From Pristiophorus japonicus (Eukaryota): 64,000 nt of DNA. Made by a program: the position numbers and the translations under genes. This document shows, piece by piece, positions 26,735-41,299 of this stretch. Under the pieces are notes generated by a model. That model saw only the letters and a list, made by a program, of their open reading frames with translations. It had not been told where the DNA came from and did no database searches. Each line of letters begins with the position of its first letter. Position 1 is the stretch's first letter. Location of the stretch: positions 115,320,001 to 115,384,000 of the forward strand of contig NC_091994.1 of the NCBI RefSeq assembly GCF_044704955.1. Direction: 5' to 3'.

Positions 26735-29700
26735 TTTACACTTAATTTTGTGTTGTGACAGAATTATTGATGTGCAAACTATGACAGCTTGGGGCACTCT
26801 GATTTTGGTGGAATAAGTGGTTTGTTGAATGAAGCAGACATTGCAGTTTTCTACGATCTTACTGCTGTCCATTCACTAAAGCTCCCTTTCCTGAGTTGTG
26901 GTCTCTCTGCTGGATGTGCTGCCCGAGCGTGGCCAGCTATTGACCTAACCATCTTCTGTTATGGCCTGTCGACATGAGTGGTTTAAAAATAAAGCATTAA
27001 TAGTGTTCGGGACTTAAAAACATTTTTGGTGTTGACATAGATAAGTATTTGATATTAAATGTCTGGAGATGGGCTTGCTAATTCACTTTTTGTCGAAATA
27101 AGCAGGATTTTGATATACATGCATTTGAGATAAGTTGGTAGCAGTGTACATATTGAGTGACCTGCAGGAAAATGTTAATCTTTTTCCAGATTTAAGGTTA
27201 CAGCAAAGTTTGTCTACCATCTCCATATTGTGTCAAGTGCAGTGGTGGTGCACCTTTTTTATCTGACAAAATGAGTGCATATTCTGTTAGTGAAGTTAGT
27301 AAAGATGTGACGGCCTTAAGAGGATGCAGAAAAGATTTACAAGAATGGTTCTAGGGATGAGGCTTCATTTACTTAGACTGGAGAAGCTGGGGTTGTTCTC
27401 CTTAGAGCAGATAAGATCAGAGATTTGATGGCAGTGTTCAAAATCATGATGGTGGAGGCCGATCCAATTGTGGTTTTCAAAAGGGAATTGGGTAAGTACC
27501 CGAAGGCAAAATCATTTGCAGGACTACGGGGAAAGGGCGGGGGAGTGGGACTGGCTGAAGGGCTCTTGCAGAGAGTCGGGATGGGCCGAATGGCCTCCTG
27601 TGCTGTAACCATTCTATGATCTGGCCTGTGGGAACCATACGACCAACAGCTCCAGCTAGGTGCTTGGAGCTGCCAAGTCTGCCAGAAGATTAGAAGCTAT
27701 TCCTAATTTGCCATCTGTCTACAGGAGGCATAATCTAGAGTTCAGAAACTTATGAGGCGTTTTGTGAAATTACAACTCGCTGATTATCCTGATATTTCCA
27801 CATTTCATGTACCTTCAACTTCAGTTTGAACCCGAGCTCTGACTGCCCATGGTGGATCCATTTCCATTTACCTTTCTCCATGAAATCCTTGTGGTCTCCG
27901 TTCCTGTTGTGTTTCTTTTTATTCAATGACGTCTGTCTTCGGTGATGTTTAAATGTAATTTTTGAGAAACATTTGATTGTTAGAGCTGCCATTTCAGGAG
28001 CCTCAAACGAATTACATTTTTCTTTACCTTTTCTTTAAATCGAGGCCTTTTCTGAATCCGAACTGTAGCATCACTACAGGCCAAACCTGAGAAAGTTAAG
28101 TATTAAAAATGTAAAACAGCTTTTCTTGCAAGGTGCAAACCTGAGTTCTACCACTCTCTCATTTGTCATTCTGTGAAGAACACTTCACCATAATAGGGTA
28201 ATTGTACCACATGTGCTGCTCTCAGATTGGTACTCCAGTGTCGAGTGGAGCTAAGCTGTGACTCTGTTACATGCACAAGAACTATGTTTTTTAGTTTTAC
28301 CCAAGAGCAAATGGGAGTTCCTGCACAATTCCTGACATGCACCCAGCAGCAATCCAAAATTCTCTAAGCCGGGCTGCCTGGTTTAAAGAAAAAGCAATCG
28401 CTTGGCAGCTCTAAACACCTAATTGGAGAGATTAGCCACTGGCTTCAGCGAACCGTGCGTGTGCTTTTGGGTTGTTGCAATCAAAGGACTGGTTTTGTGT
28501 AGCTATATTTGCTTTCCATTGACATAAAAGTAGCAATATAACAATTCCTGTCTTCGAATCATGAATGGCCCGTTTCTGTGCTGCAACATTCAGCATCAGT
28601 TGAAAGATGCAAGTACTAGCAGGACACAGTCCAGTATAACACCAGCCTACCTCCTGAAAGATGTCTTGCAAGTTGTGCCTTTGATGTAATCAGCGGTGAG
28701 ATTGCTGCCTTGACTTCTGAGTTATAGTTCAGGTTTTGCTTAACCAAAAGAAAGATCTTGCATTTATATAGTGCCTTTCATGACCGTGGGATGTCCAAAA
28801 GCGCTTTACAGCCAATGAAGTATTAAGTGTAGTTGCTGCTGCACTGTGGGAAACACTATAGCCAATTTGTGCGCAGCAAGGTCCCACTGACAGCAATGGG
28901 ACCATGAGCGTTCCATTTTTTGTGATGGTTGAGGGATAAACATTGGCCAAGATGATAAATTGACATAAACTACTAATACACTTTCTTGCAGCATAGAACC
29001 AGGCTATGTGGTCTAGTCTGCACCAATGGTTCTGCACAAGCTGCTTACTCCAATCGCTTCTGCTTGCTTCCCATATATTTTAATATTTCTCAGTTTTAAG
29101 AAATGATCTAATTCCCTTTTAAAAGAAGTTGTGGATTCTGCTTCAATAATTTGGGGTTGAGCATTCAACATTCAACCCCCTCTTTTGTGCAAAGAATCTT
29201 TTCGATCCTCCCCTAATTCCTTTTATGATTATCTTAAATTTATGTCCTCTTGTTATCGTCTTGCCAACCAGTGGAAACAACTGTCACTATTTAACCTATT
29301 GTAACTCTTCATAATCTTGAGCACCCCTTTACCTTATTGGGGAGAGGTGGGGGGAGGGCGAGGCATTCATTCCCCAAATCTCTCTTCACAACTGTAACCC
29401 CTCAACCTACTAATATCATAGTGAATCTCTGCTGCACCTTTTCCATTGCTTTCATATCCTTCCTATAATGTACTGACCAAAACTATACATTATCCCAAAC
29501 GTGCCCTACTTAAGATTTTTTACAAGTTCAACATTATCTCTTTTTTAATTTGGTACCTCTAGGCATACCGAGGATGTCAGGCAGGCTTTTTATGGACTTG
29601 TCTGCTTGTGCTCTCATTTAAGTTTTATTTCTTTTCCTTATTCTTCCAAAGTGTAGTATTTCACATTTTTCTACATTAAACTGCTTTTGCCATCTATCTG

Positions 29701-29917
29701 CCCAAACTGCCAGCCTATTTTTGCCCTCCTGCAATCTTTTGCAATCCTCATCAAAATTTGCCAAACCCCTAATTTGATGTCCTCAGCAAATTTCAATTCT
29801 TATAGCCAGATTAAAAAGGGATGTGGATTTAAGATTGCCTTTTTCTTGCCTTTTGACTTTATTTTCTAGCCTTAAACTGAACTTAATTATATATTGGTCA
29901 CTGTTTCCTAAATAGTC

Positions 29918-31040
29918 TTCATAGGCAGTCCCTCGAAGTCGAGGATGACTTGCTTCCACACTAACAATGAGTTCTCAAGTGACTGATGAGTCCAATGCGG
30001 GACCTACAGTCTCTATCACAGGTGGGGCAGATGGTGGTTGATGGGTGGGTGGGGTGCTTGGGCTGTCGCACGCTCCTTCTGCTGTTTGGGCTTGGCTTCA
30101 GCTTGCTCCTGGTGAAGAGACTCGGTGTTCGGTGCCTTCCCGGATGCTTTTCCTGCACGTTGAGCGGTCTTGGACCAGGAATTCCCAGGTGTCACTGGGG
30201 ATGTTGAACATTTTCAAGGAGACTTTGAGGGTGTCCTTGAAGCATTTTCCCTGCCCAGCTGGGGCTCGCTTGCCGTGTTAGAGCTCCGAGTAGAGCACTT
30301 GTTTTCGGAGTCTTGTATCGGGCATGCGGATGATGTGGCCCGTACAACAGAGCTGATCGACCGTGGTCAATGCTTCGATGCTGGGAATGTCGGCCTGAGC
30401 GAGAAGACCGATGTTGGTGCACCTAAGATTTTGTGGTGGCAGTGTTGATGGTACTTCTCCAGTGCTTTGAGGTGTCTGCTGCATCTAGGAGGGTGGGTAC
30501 TGCTCTGTAGATTATGAGCTTGCTGCCGGGTTTGAGATCTTCGTCTTCAAACACTCTTCACCTCAGGCGACCGAAGGCTGCACTGGCACACTGAAGGTGG
30601 TGTTGGAATTCATCATCGACATCTGCCCTTGTTGACAGTATTCTCCCGAGGTATAGAAAATGGTTCTCGTTGTCCAAGGCCTCGTCGTGGATTTTGATAA
30701 CCGGGGGGCAGTGCTGTTTAGCGGGGGCAGATTGATAGAGGACGTATGTCTTAAGGATGTTTAGTGTAAGGCCCATGCTTGTACGCCTCGGTGAAGGTGT
30801 TGACAATGGCTTGGAAGTTCGGCTGCTGAGTGCGCAGATGCAAGCGTTGTCTGCGAACTGCAATTCAATGACTGAGGATGGGACGACCTTTGATATGACC
30901 TTGAGGTGACGGAGATTGAACAATTTCCTGTTTGTTCTGTGGATTGGCTCCACTCCAGCGGGGAGCTTACTGAGGATGAGATGGAGCATTGCAGCAAGGA
31001 AGATCGAGACGAGTGTTGGTGCGATGACACAGTCTTGCAT
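29918..31040 (-). mobile_element. RTE-clade LINE 3' fragment
   Basis: GCVIAPTL.SIFL, LQFADN, C-terminal CPTCDRDCRSRIGLISHLRTH. Confidence 0.85.
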
Positions 31041-32620
31041 CCTCCACCCTTCAAAACGAAGTTCGGAACCTGGAACGTCAGGAGCATCTGATGAACAACC
31101 CCAACAGTGACAGACCGGAATGTCGCACTGCTATTGTTGCCCGAGAACTCAGACGTTTCGACGTAGACATTGCCCCCTAAGCGAGTCCTGGCGGGCAAGG
31201 GAAGACCAGCTCAAAGAACAAGGTGGCTGTTACAACTTCTGGAAAGGGGTAGACGTTGACATAAAAAACGAGCTAGTCGGCCGTCAAGAGACTCCTTTGC
31301 GGGATAAATGAACACCTCATGATTCTTCGGCTCACCCTAGCCCAGAACCAATGCACCACACCCCAATACCGGAAGCTACAGATGGATCAAAGAGGAGTTT
31401 TATTCCAGCCTCAAACAATCCCTATCCCGAGTCCCAATGGACGACAAGCTGATCCTCCTGGGTGACTTCAACGCCAGAGTCAGAAAGAATACAGACCTCT
31501 GGGGACGTGTGATCGGCAGAGAGGGGGTCGGGAAAACCAACTCCAACGATCAACTCCAACGATACACTCCTGATGAAATGCTTAGAACATGACCTTGTTC
31601 CATCAGAGAGACAAGTACAAGGCTTCATGCCAGTGCTTGGAGCGAGAGTATTGCCATCTGCTAGACTACGTCATCGTCCAAGCGGGGACTTCGATGCTGG
31701 GGATGTTGGCCTAAACGAGAACACTGATGTTGGTGCACCTACCCTTGTACATGGCCTTCTTTGACCTCACAAAAGCCTTCGGCACTGTCAACCATGAGGG
31801 ATTATGGAGCGTCCTCCTCAGATTCGGCTGCCCTCAAAAATTTGTCACCATCCTCCGCCTGCATGACATGCTAGCCATGATCCTGACCAACGTTTCCACC
31901 ACAGACCCATTCCATGTTCGGACCGGGGTCACGCAAGGTTGTGTCATTGTACCAACGCTCTTCTCAATCTTCCTTGCAGCAATGCTCCATCTCACCCTCA
32001 GCAAGCTCCCCGCTGGAGTGGAGCTAAATTACAGGACAAACGGGAATCTGTTCAACCTTTACCAACCTGCCCCTGCCACACAGCACTGCCCCCGGTTATC
32101 AAAATTCATGACAAAGCCTTGGACAACGTGGATCATTTTCCATACCCTGGGAGCTGACTGTCAACAAGGGCAGAGATCGACGACGAGGGCCAACACCACC
32201 TCCAGTGTGCCAGTGCAGCCTTCGGTCCCTTGAGGGAGAGAATGTTTGAAGACCATAACCTCAAACCCGGCACCAAGCTCATGGTCTGCAGAGCATTAGT
32301 GATATCCGCCCTTCCATATGGCTCAGAGACATGGACTATGTACAACAGCCACCTCAAAGCACTGGAGAAGTACCACCAGCGCTGCCTCTGCAAGATCCTG
32401 CAAATCCACTGGCAGGATAGGTGCACCAACGTCAGTGTTCTCGTTTAGGCCAACATCCCCAGCATCGAAGCATTGACCACACTCGATCAGCTCCGCTTGA
32501 TGGGCCACATTGCCCGCATGCCTGACACGAGACTCCCAAAACAGCAGTCTACTCGGAGCTCCGACTTGGCAAGCGAGCCCCAGGTGGGCAGAGGAAATGC
32601 TTCAGGGACACCCTCAAATT
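31041..32620 (+). mobile_element. RTE-clade LINE fragments (APE start, then RT)
   Basis: KFGTWNVR, LLGDFNARV, AFFDLTKAF, LPYGSETW. Confidence 0.85.
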
Positions 32621-33744
32621 TTATAACCTTTACTTAAATCCCCAGTACAGGTAACTGTTAAAGCTAAACAAGGTCATGCTCACTGTAGCGGGAGACCTAA
32701 CCAAAGGCTCTTGTAAAATCAACGCTTTATTGAATGAGAATCTTTAGTGTGTTATCTTCTATGCTAAATTTAATACGTATCTGTTATAAAATTAGAGCTT
32801 ATTTAATTAGTTATTCCCTGTGGACTTTAACATCTTGCTCTGGAATATCCTCCCTAAACCTCTCCGCCTCTCGCTCCTCCTTAAAACCTTCCTCTTTGAC
32901 CAAGCTTCTCGTCATCTGTTGACTGTCGCAAGAGGGAATTAGCTCATTTTGCTAAGGTTGTGCTGCAGTCCTGCCTTCATTGGCTCAGGCATAACTCTGC
33001 ACCGGTCAATACGGTTGCTCAGAGTTATATAAAGCAGCATTATATAAACCATAGTCATATATGGTCGAGCTGTGGTCCAGTCCGTATCTACGTAGGACGA
33101 GAAAGGGCGCAGACCGGTCTGACACATGCAGGTCAAATATCCCAAGTTCGAAGAATATGTTCGATACGCAATGGATACGCTGTAAAATCTACTATCGCGT
33201 TTTTACAGGTGCCAGCAACTACGTAACAGAAGTCGTTATTTCGGGAGGTCATAACGAGAATTATCTGAATTGTGGTCAGAAAATGTAAAGGAAGAATTGC
33301 TGTTCACAGCCAATGAAGAACTTTTAAAAGTGCCTGTAGTTCCACGCCCTGGCCATTGGGTGTCTCTGCAGAAGCTCCAATCGTTTTCTTTGTGCGAGTA
33401 AAACAGTTCTTTCACATTTTGGGGGTAACTTTTCATGGGAGGGAGAGTTCTCCCACACAATCCGCCTTAACTTCAGTGGAAGAGCCACGGAAACCCGTGA
33501 AAAGTGGCGTTCGCACCGTGGTGTGGGGGATTTGGCAATCTATGGTTGGTCCCAGACATTAAGTGATCATTTCCCTTGTAACCACGACTCATCTTGCTTT
33601 GAGCACCGTGATTAGTTTGTGGGAATAACGGGCCTGAAAAATCTGTCAGTTGTCCATGGCAACCATTACTCATTCTTAACATCACAATGAAAAAGGGACA
33701 ACACGGATTGATTCGATGCGTATCAGTTCCCCTCCGAGTCACAC

Positions 33745-33950
33745 ACCATCCTGACTTGGAAATATATCGGCCGTTCCTTCATCGTCGCTGGGTCACAATC
33801 CTGGAACTCCCTCCCTAACAGCACTGTGGGAGCACCTTCACCACACGGACTGCAGCGGTTCAAGAAGCCGGCTCACCACCACCTTCTCAAGGAGAAATTA
33901 GGGATGGGCAATAAATGCCGGCCTTGCATTCACATCCCAGAAATGAATAT
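33745..33950 (+). mobile_element. LINE-derived 3' tail repeat (second copy at about 44580-44790)
   Basis: WNSLP..TVGAPSPHGLQRFKK shared by both copies. Confidence 0.65.
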
Positions 33951-34089
33951 AAAAAAATTCTTGGGTGAAAAAAAACCTTCAAAAATATATTACCTGGGTC
34001 ATAAACTGAATAAATATAAATTGGGAGGAAAGGGTTCCACATTGCTTTCCCATTTATTACGAAATGAATGGAGATGTATGTCGTACAGA

Positions 34090-34633
34090 CAGTTTTGGTC
34101 TCCTAACTTGAGGAAGGACATTCTTGCTATTGAGGGAGTGCAGCGAAGGTTCACCAGACTGATTCCCGGGATGGCGGGACTGACCTATCAAGAAAGACTG
34201 GATCAACTGGGCTTGTATTCACTGGAGTTCAGAAGAATGAGAGGGGATCTCATAGAAACGTTTAAAATTCTGACGGGTTTAGACAGGTTAGATGCAGGAA
34301 GAATGTTCCCAATGTTGGGGAGGTCCAGAACCAGGGGTCACAGTCTAAGGATAAGGGGTAAGCCATTTAGGACCGAGATGAGGAGAAACTTCTTCACCCA
34401 GGGAGTGGTGAACCTGTGGAATTCTCTACCACAGAAAGTTGTTGAGGCCAATTCACTAAATATATTCAAAAAGGAGTTAGATGAGGTCCTTACTACTAGG
34501 GGGATCAAGGGGAATGGCAAGAAAGCAGGAATGGGGTACTGAAGTTGCACGTTCAGCCATGAACTCATTGAATGGCGGTGCAGGCTCGAAGGTCCGAATG
34601 GCCTACTCCTGCAACTATTTTCTATGTTTCTAT
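34090..34633 (+). mobile_element. Young CR1 3' fragment
   Basis: Matches the 11063-14163 subfamily; TTTCTATG tail. Confidence 0.92.
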
Positions 34634-34912
34634 GACAGGAGGAATGGAGCAGCAGGAAATATACAGTAACATTTAGGTAAAATATGAATCAGCACTCCTG
34701 TTGCAGAGCATGGCAGGAATGGGAATTTGAGGAGGTCAGCTTGCTCAGTTCAATGTTCGCATGATTTTCTGTCTTCATTTTCAAAGAGGAGAGGCACTGG
34801 AGGAGAATAGTGTGCTCGGCTGTGTCAAAGACTGCAGAAAGATATGGAGGGATATGTGTATATCTTGCAGTATCTGCTCATTCTTGTTATTTCAACCTGA
34901 GCAAAAGTAAAA

Positions 34913-35315
34913 GCATAAGAACATAAGAAATAGGAGCAGGAGTCGGACATTCGACCCCTCGAGCCTGCTCCGCCATTCAATAAGACCATGGCTGATCTGA
35001 TCATGGACTCAGCTCCACTTCCCTGCCCACACCCCATAACCTTTTACTTCCTTATCGCTCAAAAATCTGTCTATCTCCGCCTTAAATATATTCAATGACC
35101 CAGCCTCCACAGCTCTCTGGGGCAGAGAATTCCACAGATTTACAACCCTCTGAGAACTCCTTATCTGAGTTTTAAATGGGTGGCCCCTTATTCTGAGACT
35201 ATGCCCCCTAGTATTAGTTTCCCCCATGAGTGGAAATATCCTCTCTGCATCCACCTTGTCGAGCCCCTCATTATCTTATGTTTCACTAAGATCACCTCTT
35301 ATTCTCTGAACTCCA
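34913..35315 (-). mobile_element. CR1 3' fragment
   Basis: CATAAGAA tail; ORF 35009..35254. Confidence 0.88.
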
Positions 35316-37289
35316 GAGTGTGACTGGAGTATTTAAACAGAAATGAGGGGAGAGCAGTGGCAGTGCAACCAGCAATGCAACAAGCTGTCCTTCATTGGCC
35401 TTAACATGCTTAATATCAGAAAGCAGAAGTGGAGACATTCGGTTTTGCTTGACTTCTAAATATAAACTCTAGCACAGCCTTTGTTCCAACACATTGCTTC
35501 CCATGAGTTCAGTGGTCATTCATCACCAGCATGAAATTGTTTGCATCCATCCCTTTTATTGACTCTGAGCTGCCCGCTCCACTCTGCGGGATATTGGAAT
35601 CCACAGTGATTAATGTATTAGCATTTCTTGCTGCTCTCTGTCTGCCTGATCACTGAGCTGGCGTGTAATAGTTCATTATTATTAGTTTGTTGACATTATC
35701 ATTGGTAATGTCAACTCATACTGATTCTGTCATCTCTTATAATATCATCCCTTTGAATACATGTGCGTTCCCTCTCACCATTACTGCCTCTCCAGCAATG
35801 ACACTTCCCTTTCTTACTCAGGTATATCTTTGGAAAGCATTCGTGGTTCTCTTAAATTCATTTTTTGTCCACCTTATGGTTGCAGCCACATTTCTGTAAT
35901 GCCAATAATTGTGTGAGTACGTCAAATTCCAAAAGTTTATTTGTAATTCCAGCTGTAAATTCTTATTCTTCCACACTTGATCCTGTACAATACTAGCTGA
36001 TCTCCCGTGGCATTGCACAGGGAATGGTTGAAGCGAATAGCACATATTCATTTAAGGGGAAGCTAGATAAACAGACGACGTGGGAGAAATGAATAGAAGG
36101 ATGTGCTGATGGGATGAGATGAAAAGGGGTGGGAGGAGGCTGGTGTGGAGAACAAACACCGACATGGACCAGCTGGGCCGAATGGGTTCTGTGCTGTGTT
36201 TTTGATGTGATAATGAATTGGGAAGTTTGGATTGAGGGGCTGCTTCTAGTCTGTAAATGGCGATGGATATATAAGCTGAGGCTTCTCTCTGACCCGAGTG
36301 ATGATAAGCAGTATTTGGGACAGACTGTGGTAATACTGGCCAATGTCTATAGGGTAGCCTTGTCATGCGGCCGCGTGGAGGAGCAGGAAGGTGGGCACGG
36401 GAGCTCGGCAGATATAGGCCATGACCATCCTAAAGCAGCCGCGGGAAAGCCAATGGTTCGCCATAGGATGCTTGTCCAGGGGCTGAATATGACAGAAATA
36501 CGAGACAGTGGGGACAGAGTATTGTCGTAGAGAAGGCGCTAGAATGGAACAGAGGGGGACACAGAACAGAGGTGCCAATGGTGGAAGCAGACTAGATCCC
36601 AATCATTTAATGCAGTAAAAAAGCATGGGGAACAGCAAAGTGTATAAAACTTTATAAATAACAAAAGATTAAAGTTCGTGTGATCAGCCTTTTAGTAGAA
36701 TCTCCCTTTTCCCGTGTACCATCGAGAGTTAAGATGTCCGCTCTCTTGGTGGTGCAGTGGGTGAATATTCTGACTAATTTCCCGGCCACCATTTTTCCCT
36801 CAATCACCATCACTAAAACAGATTCTGTGGCCGTGACCACATTGCTGTTTGTGGGAGCTTGCTGTGCGCACTCTGGCTGCCGCCAGATAGTACAAAGTGA
36901 TTACACTTCAAAAAGTACTTCATTGGCTGTAAAGTGCTTTGGGACGTCCTGAGGTTGCGAAAGGCGCTATATAAATGCAAGTCTTTCTTTCCAATGTATT
37001 ACTGAGCCATGCATTGGCAGAAAGCCCCATGTCCGGCCCAATCTATGCTAATGAGCCAACTGGCCTTCGCTGGGTGGGCGGGGCCTCAGTGTCTCGAGGT
37101 TGCAGATGGGGGCAAATCAATCGAATCTCCCTCTCCGAAGGTTAGCTAGTAACCCCCCCCCCCCCCCGCTGGAAAGTGTGAGGGTGCCGTTGTTGGGTGA
37201 GAAGCCCTCGCTCCCTCAGCCCACGGTGATGGAGCAGCGGAGCGGCCTGTGGAATTCAGAGCCGAGACTTCAGGTGATGGGGAGCGGAG

Positions 37290-37413
37290 TGTATGTGTGT
37301 GTGGGTTGTATGTGTGTGTGTGTGGGCTGTATGTGTGTGTGTGTGGGCTGTATGTGTGTGTGTGTGGGCTGTATGTGTGTGTGTGTGGGTTGTATGTGTG
37401 TGTGTGGGCTGTA
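37290..37413. repeat. TG-rich tandem repeat, about 21-bp unit x6
   Basis: gtatgtgtgtgtgtgtgggct iterations. Confidence 0.9.
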
Positions 37414-40400
37414 TGAAATACAGAAACAGGGAGAGTTCTACATATACCACTGAAGTGCAGCTCGCTACAGAATGAGGAGCGGCCCACACCGGCAGTGCCA
37501 GGAGTTGACCCTGTGCAGGGCAAATTATTTAAAGGCTTTTGCAACAATCAAACTACAGCTCAGGATAGCATAGAGGCATTTCAGGGGAAGCGGGATAAAC
37601 ACATGAGGGAGTAAGGAATAGAAGGATATGCTGATAGGTTGAGATGAAGTAGGGTGGGAGGAAGCTCGTGTTGAACATGGACCTATTGGGTCGAGTTACC
37701 TGTTTCTGTGCTGTAATTCTCTGTAATTCTATGTAATTATTAGAAGAGGTTAAGACTGACCTGTACACTCATCTTTGCCAAGATAGCCTGCTCACATAAC
37801 CACCCAGTGGTGAACGCTGGAACTGCAGCACCATAGGCGGCTCATTAATGGGGAAATTACATTCAACGCCTGTGATCAGACCCCAACGCAAATAACATCG
37901 AAAATCTCAGGCCTGGCACCACTGACATAAGACGCTTGATCGGAAAGATGACAAGGTATACAGATTTTAATAATATAAATGTTAGCTGTGCTTGAAATTG
38001 TGATGTGCCCACAGCTTAGTTTCCTGTCTGATTATTGGCAGATTATCCTGCCTGTATCAGTTTCTTCTCGTTTGAAAAAGTCTGGTTATCCACACAGCCA
38101 CGTGGTTGAATTGACAGTGCTGGTCACCTAATCCCAGTAAGGATGTTGCTGACCGTGATCTGGGGCACTCGGCACCAGTCGCTAATGTTACATTTCAGGA
38201 TGACCTTCCCGAAATGTTGAACATTGTAAAGGAAATTGTCAAAGTTGATCCAAGCAAATTGTTTATTACATCAAAGGGACCAAATACAGAATATCTCAGA
38301 GAAAGTTAGAGCTAAGAGGAGTCAGACAGACTGCATTTTGTAAAACAAAGTGCAATAGACAAAAAGAATAAGCTGTTAGGAAAGGCCATTGAAGAAAACA
38401 ATTGACATGGACTCAGGGGGCAACTAAATGTGTTTGTGAAAAGAGAAATTATTGAGGAATGTGGTGAAGGTGGGGATATCAATTGAAAAGAAGTGGACTA
38501 AAGCCAAATGGATTTTCCTAGTTTAATAATTATTCTACCAAACACTTTATCTGCTTTTCACATTGCCCAGATACACAATACAATCTTATTAACAATATGA
38601 TATCTACACATCTCTTTAGATATCAAGATTGCGTTCTCTGACTATTACAACAGGAGGAAGGGGTGATCGGGGGAGGCAAAGAGTTCCACAGTTTGGATTT
38701 CCTGGGAAAGAATATTTCAGGAGCAACACAATAAAGTTTAATTGTAGCACAGTGATTGTGCAAGGTCCAGGAGTAAGTGGATGTACTATTGAATTTTTGG
38801 AGTTTAGAAGAAAGTCAGTAAAAGAATTAAGCTAAGTTATTCTCTGTAGAAATATGTATTAAATCATAACACAACTTCATATGCGAATGAAGTCCCCAAA
38901 AGTTTAATGCATGATGTCAATACTTTTTTTGTATTTGACGTTTCTCATTCTCCATTTCATTTTGAAACAAGTAGAACTTGCAGAATAACAGGAAACAGAG
39001 CAAAGAAAATGAAACTTGCATTTCAGCTCTTTGTCGGTTCCCAGTCCGCCGGAACCTCAATCAGCATCTTCAGGTGCTGTTCTCGGATGAGGTTGTGGTC
39101 TTACGTTTATTCTGAAGGCAATGAGTGCCATCCGCCCCCAGAAATAAAAGTGTAGCTTTTATGCAGCAGTCTTTCTGAGTCACAACAACCTTCAAAAGGC
39201 CTTAAATTCTTGCATTATAACAAAACAGGTCCAATGTGGTTTGTGATTGTAAATGAAAACCATGTGGGCATTTGTAATCTGTATTCAGCATTGGTTGTGA
39301 GCATAAAGTTAGTGTGTAAACTCAGTAAATCTCAATGTGGTACACTCGCCTCTGAGTCAGAAGGTTGTGGGTTCAAGTCCCACTCCAGGGACTGGAGCAC
39401 AGAATCTAGGCTAACACTGCAGTCACAACTGGACTGGGAGACTGCTGCACATCTGCTTATTTTTCCAGCTCTGAATGATGGGGATGTATGAAAGTCTTCG
39501 GTACCAGGTGGGCACTGTTGTTCTCCCAACCAGAACTGCATTTTCCTAGCTTGAATGATTCGTGTCATCCAAGGATCCTCAAAGGCCAGATCATCTGTGC
39601 ACACTTGCAGCTGTGTTTATTTCAATGGGATATAATTTGAATGTACACCGCTTAGAAAAATATCATGCTGACAATGTTTTTCTTTTAGATTTTTGGCCAA
39701 CTCTTTGTTCACCATCTCTCCTCATTTTTGTTGGGTGTTCAGTGGAATGGATATGCGCATCACGGCCCAGTCAGTCTTTTTACTGGATATACACACATTC
39801 TGGCAATTGAACCACAGAGACAGGTAATCAAACCTGGGACATTTTGGCCTATATGGTTCAATACCACAGCTTGGGTTCATGTGCCCATTTTATTTGCATT
39901 AAAGAATACATATACCACATTTCACAAATACAAGCTTTAATATTATACACTGTGGAAACACACCGACTCCTGTCATTGAATTTAATGGAGTATTGAAGGA
40001 ACAACTATCGATAATACTGAAGGAAAGTGTGGGTAAATCAGAAATGTGTGCACTGTCCAAAACAAATAGAATCTAATAAGTTTATTCAGAAAAATGGCAA
40101 TTGCTTTCTTCATTTCCAGGATTAGCAATGTTCAGAAAGTTACCTTTTCAGGTCTTAGGATGCCGGTTCAAAAATATCTCAAATTTAAAATTCTCATCCT
40201 CATGTTCAATTCATCTCTGGCCTCACTGTTCCCTATCTCTGTAACCTCCTCCAGCCCGACAACTCTCCAAGAACTCTGTTCCTCCAACTTTGGCTTCTTA
40301 CACACTCCCCACTCCCTTTGGGCCATTATTGACGGCCATATCTTCAACCAATCTTCATCTTACGCTCTGCAATTCCCTCCCTAAACCATTTCACCTCTTC

Positions 40401-40475
40401 ACCTCTCTCTCCTCCTTTGAGACGCTCCTTAAAACCTACGTCTTTACCAAGCTTTTAGCTGCTAATATTTGGGTC

Positions 40476-40870
40476 ATAGAAACATAGAAAATAGGTGCAG
40501 GAGTAGGTCATTTGGCTCTTCGAGCCTGCACCGCCATTCAATGAGTTCATGGCTGAACATGCAACTTCAGTACCCCATTCTTGCTTTATCGCCATACCCC
40601 TTGATCCCCCTAGTAGTAAGGACTACATCTAACTCCTTTTTGAATATATTTAGTGAATTGGCCTCAACAACTTTCAGTGGTAGAGAATTCCACAGGTTTA
40701 CCACTCTCTGGGTGAAGAAGTTTCTCCTCATCTCAGTCCTAAATGGCTTACCCCATATCCTTAGACTGTGACCTCTGGTTCTGGACTTCCCCAAAATTGG
40801 GAACATTCTTCCTGCATCTAACCTGTCTAAACCCGTCAGAATTTTAAATTTTTCTATGAGATCCCCTCTC
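40476..40870 (-). mobile_element. Young CR1 3' fragment
   Basis: CATAGAAA tail; ORF 40567..40806. Confidence 0.92.
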
Positions 40871-41299
40871 AGTCGGCACCAATGTTTTGTTTGCGCTCCT
40901 GTGAAGCACCTTGGGATGTTCTCCTACATTCAAAGTGCTTTATAAATGCAAATTGTTATATAACACAGTACATGTATTCTGGAACATCCATGTACATTGG
41001 TAACAAAAAAGAGTTGTTCCAAGATCCAGAATATGTATCATTAGAATGTGAGTGTGTAACATTTCAAATATTAAAAAATTATGAATGTTATAAGCTTTAA
41101 AATGGATATTTCCAATTTGTATCACTGTTACAGAAATGTTTGCAGTATTTACAAAACTATGCTTCCCCATTGATTAGAAAATAATATATATATATAAAAA
41201 TGAAATCTACCTATGACTTACTAATTAGAAATTGAAGAAATGCTCAACATATCTTTTAGCAACAATATTAGGCAGAGATTTTCATAAAAATATTACCTT

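Noticed and set aside
35800-38000. Short ORFs of a possible further gene
   Set aside because: Interrupted by repeat tails; no identifiable homology or exon chain.
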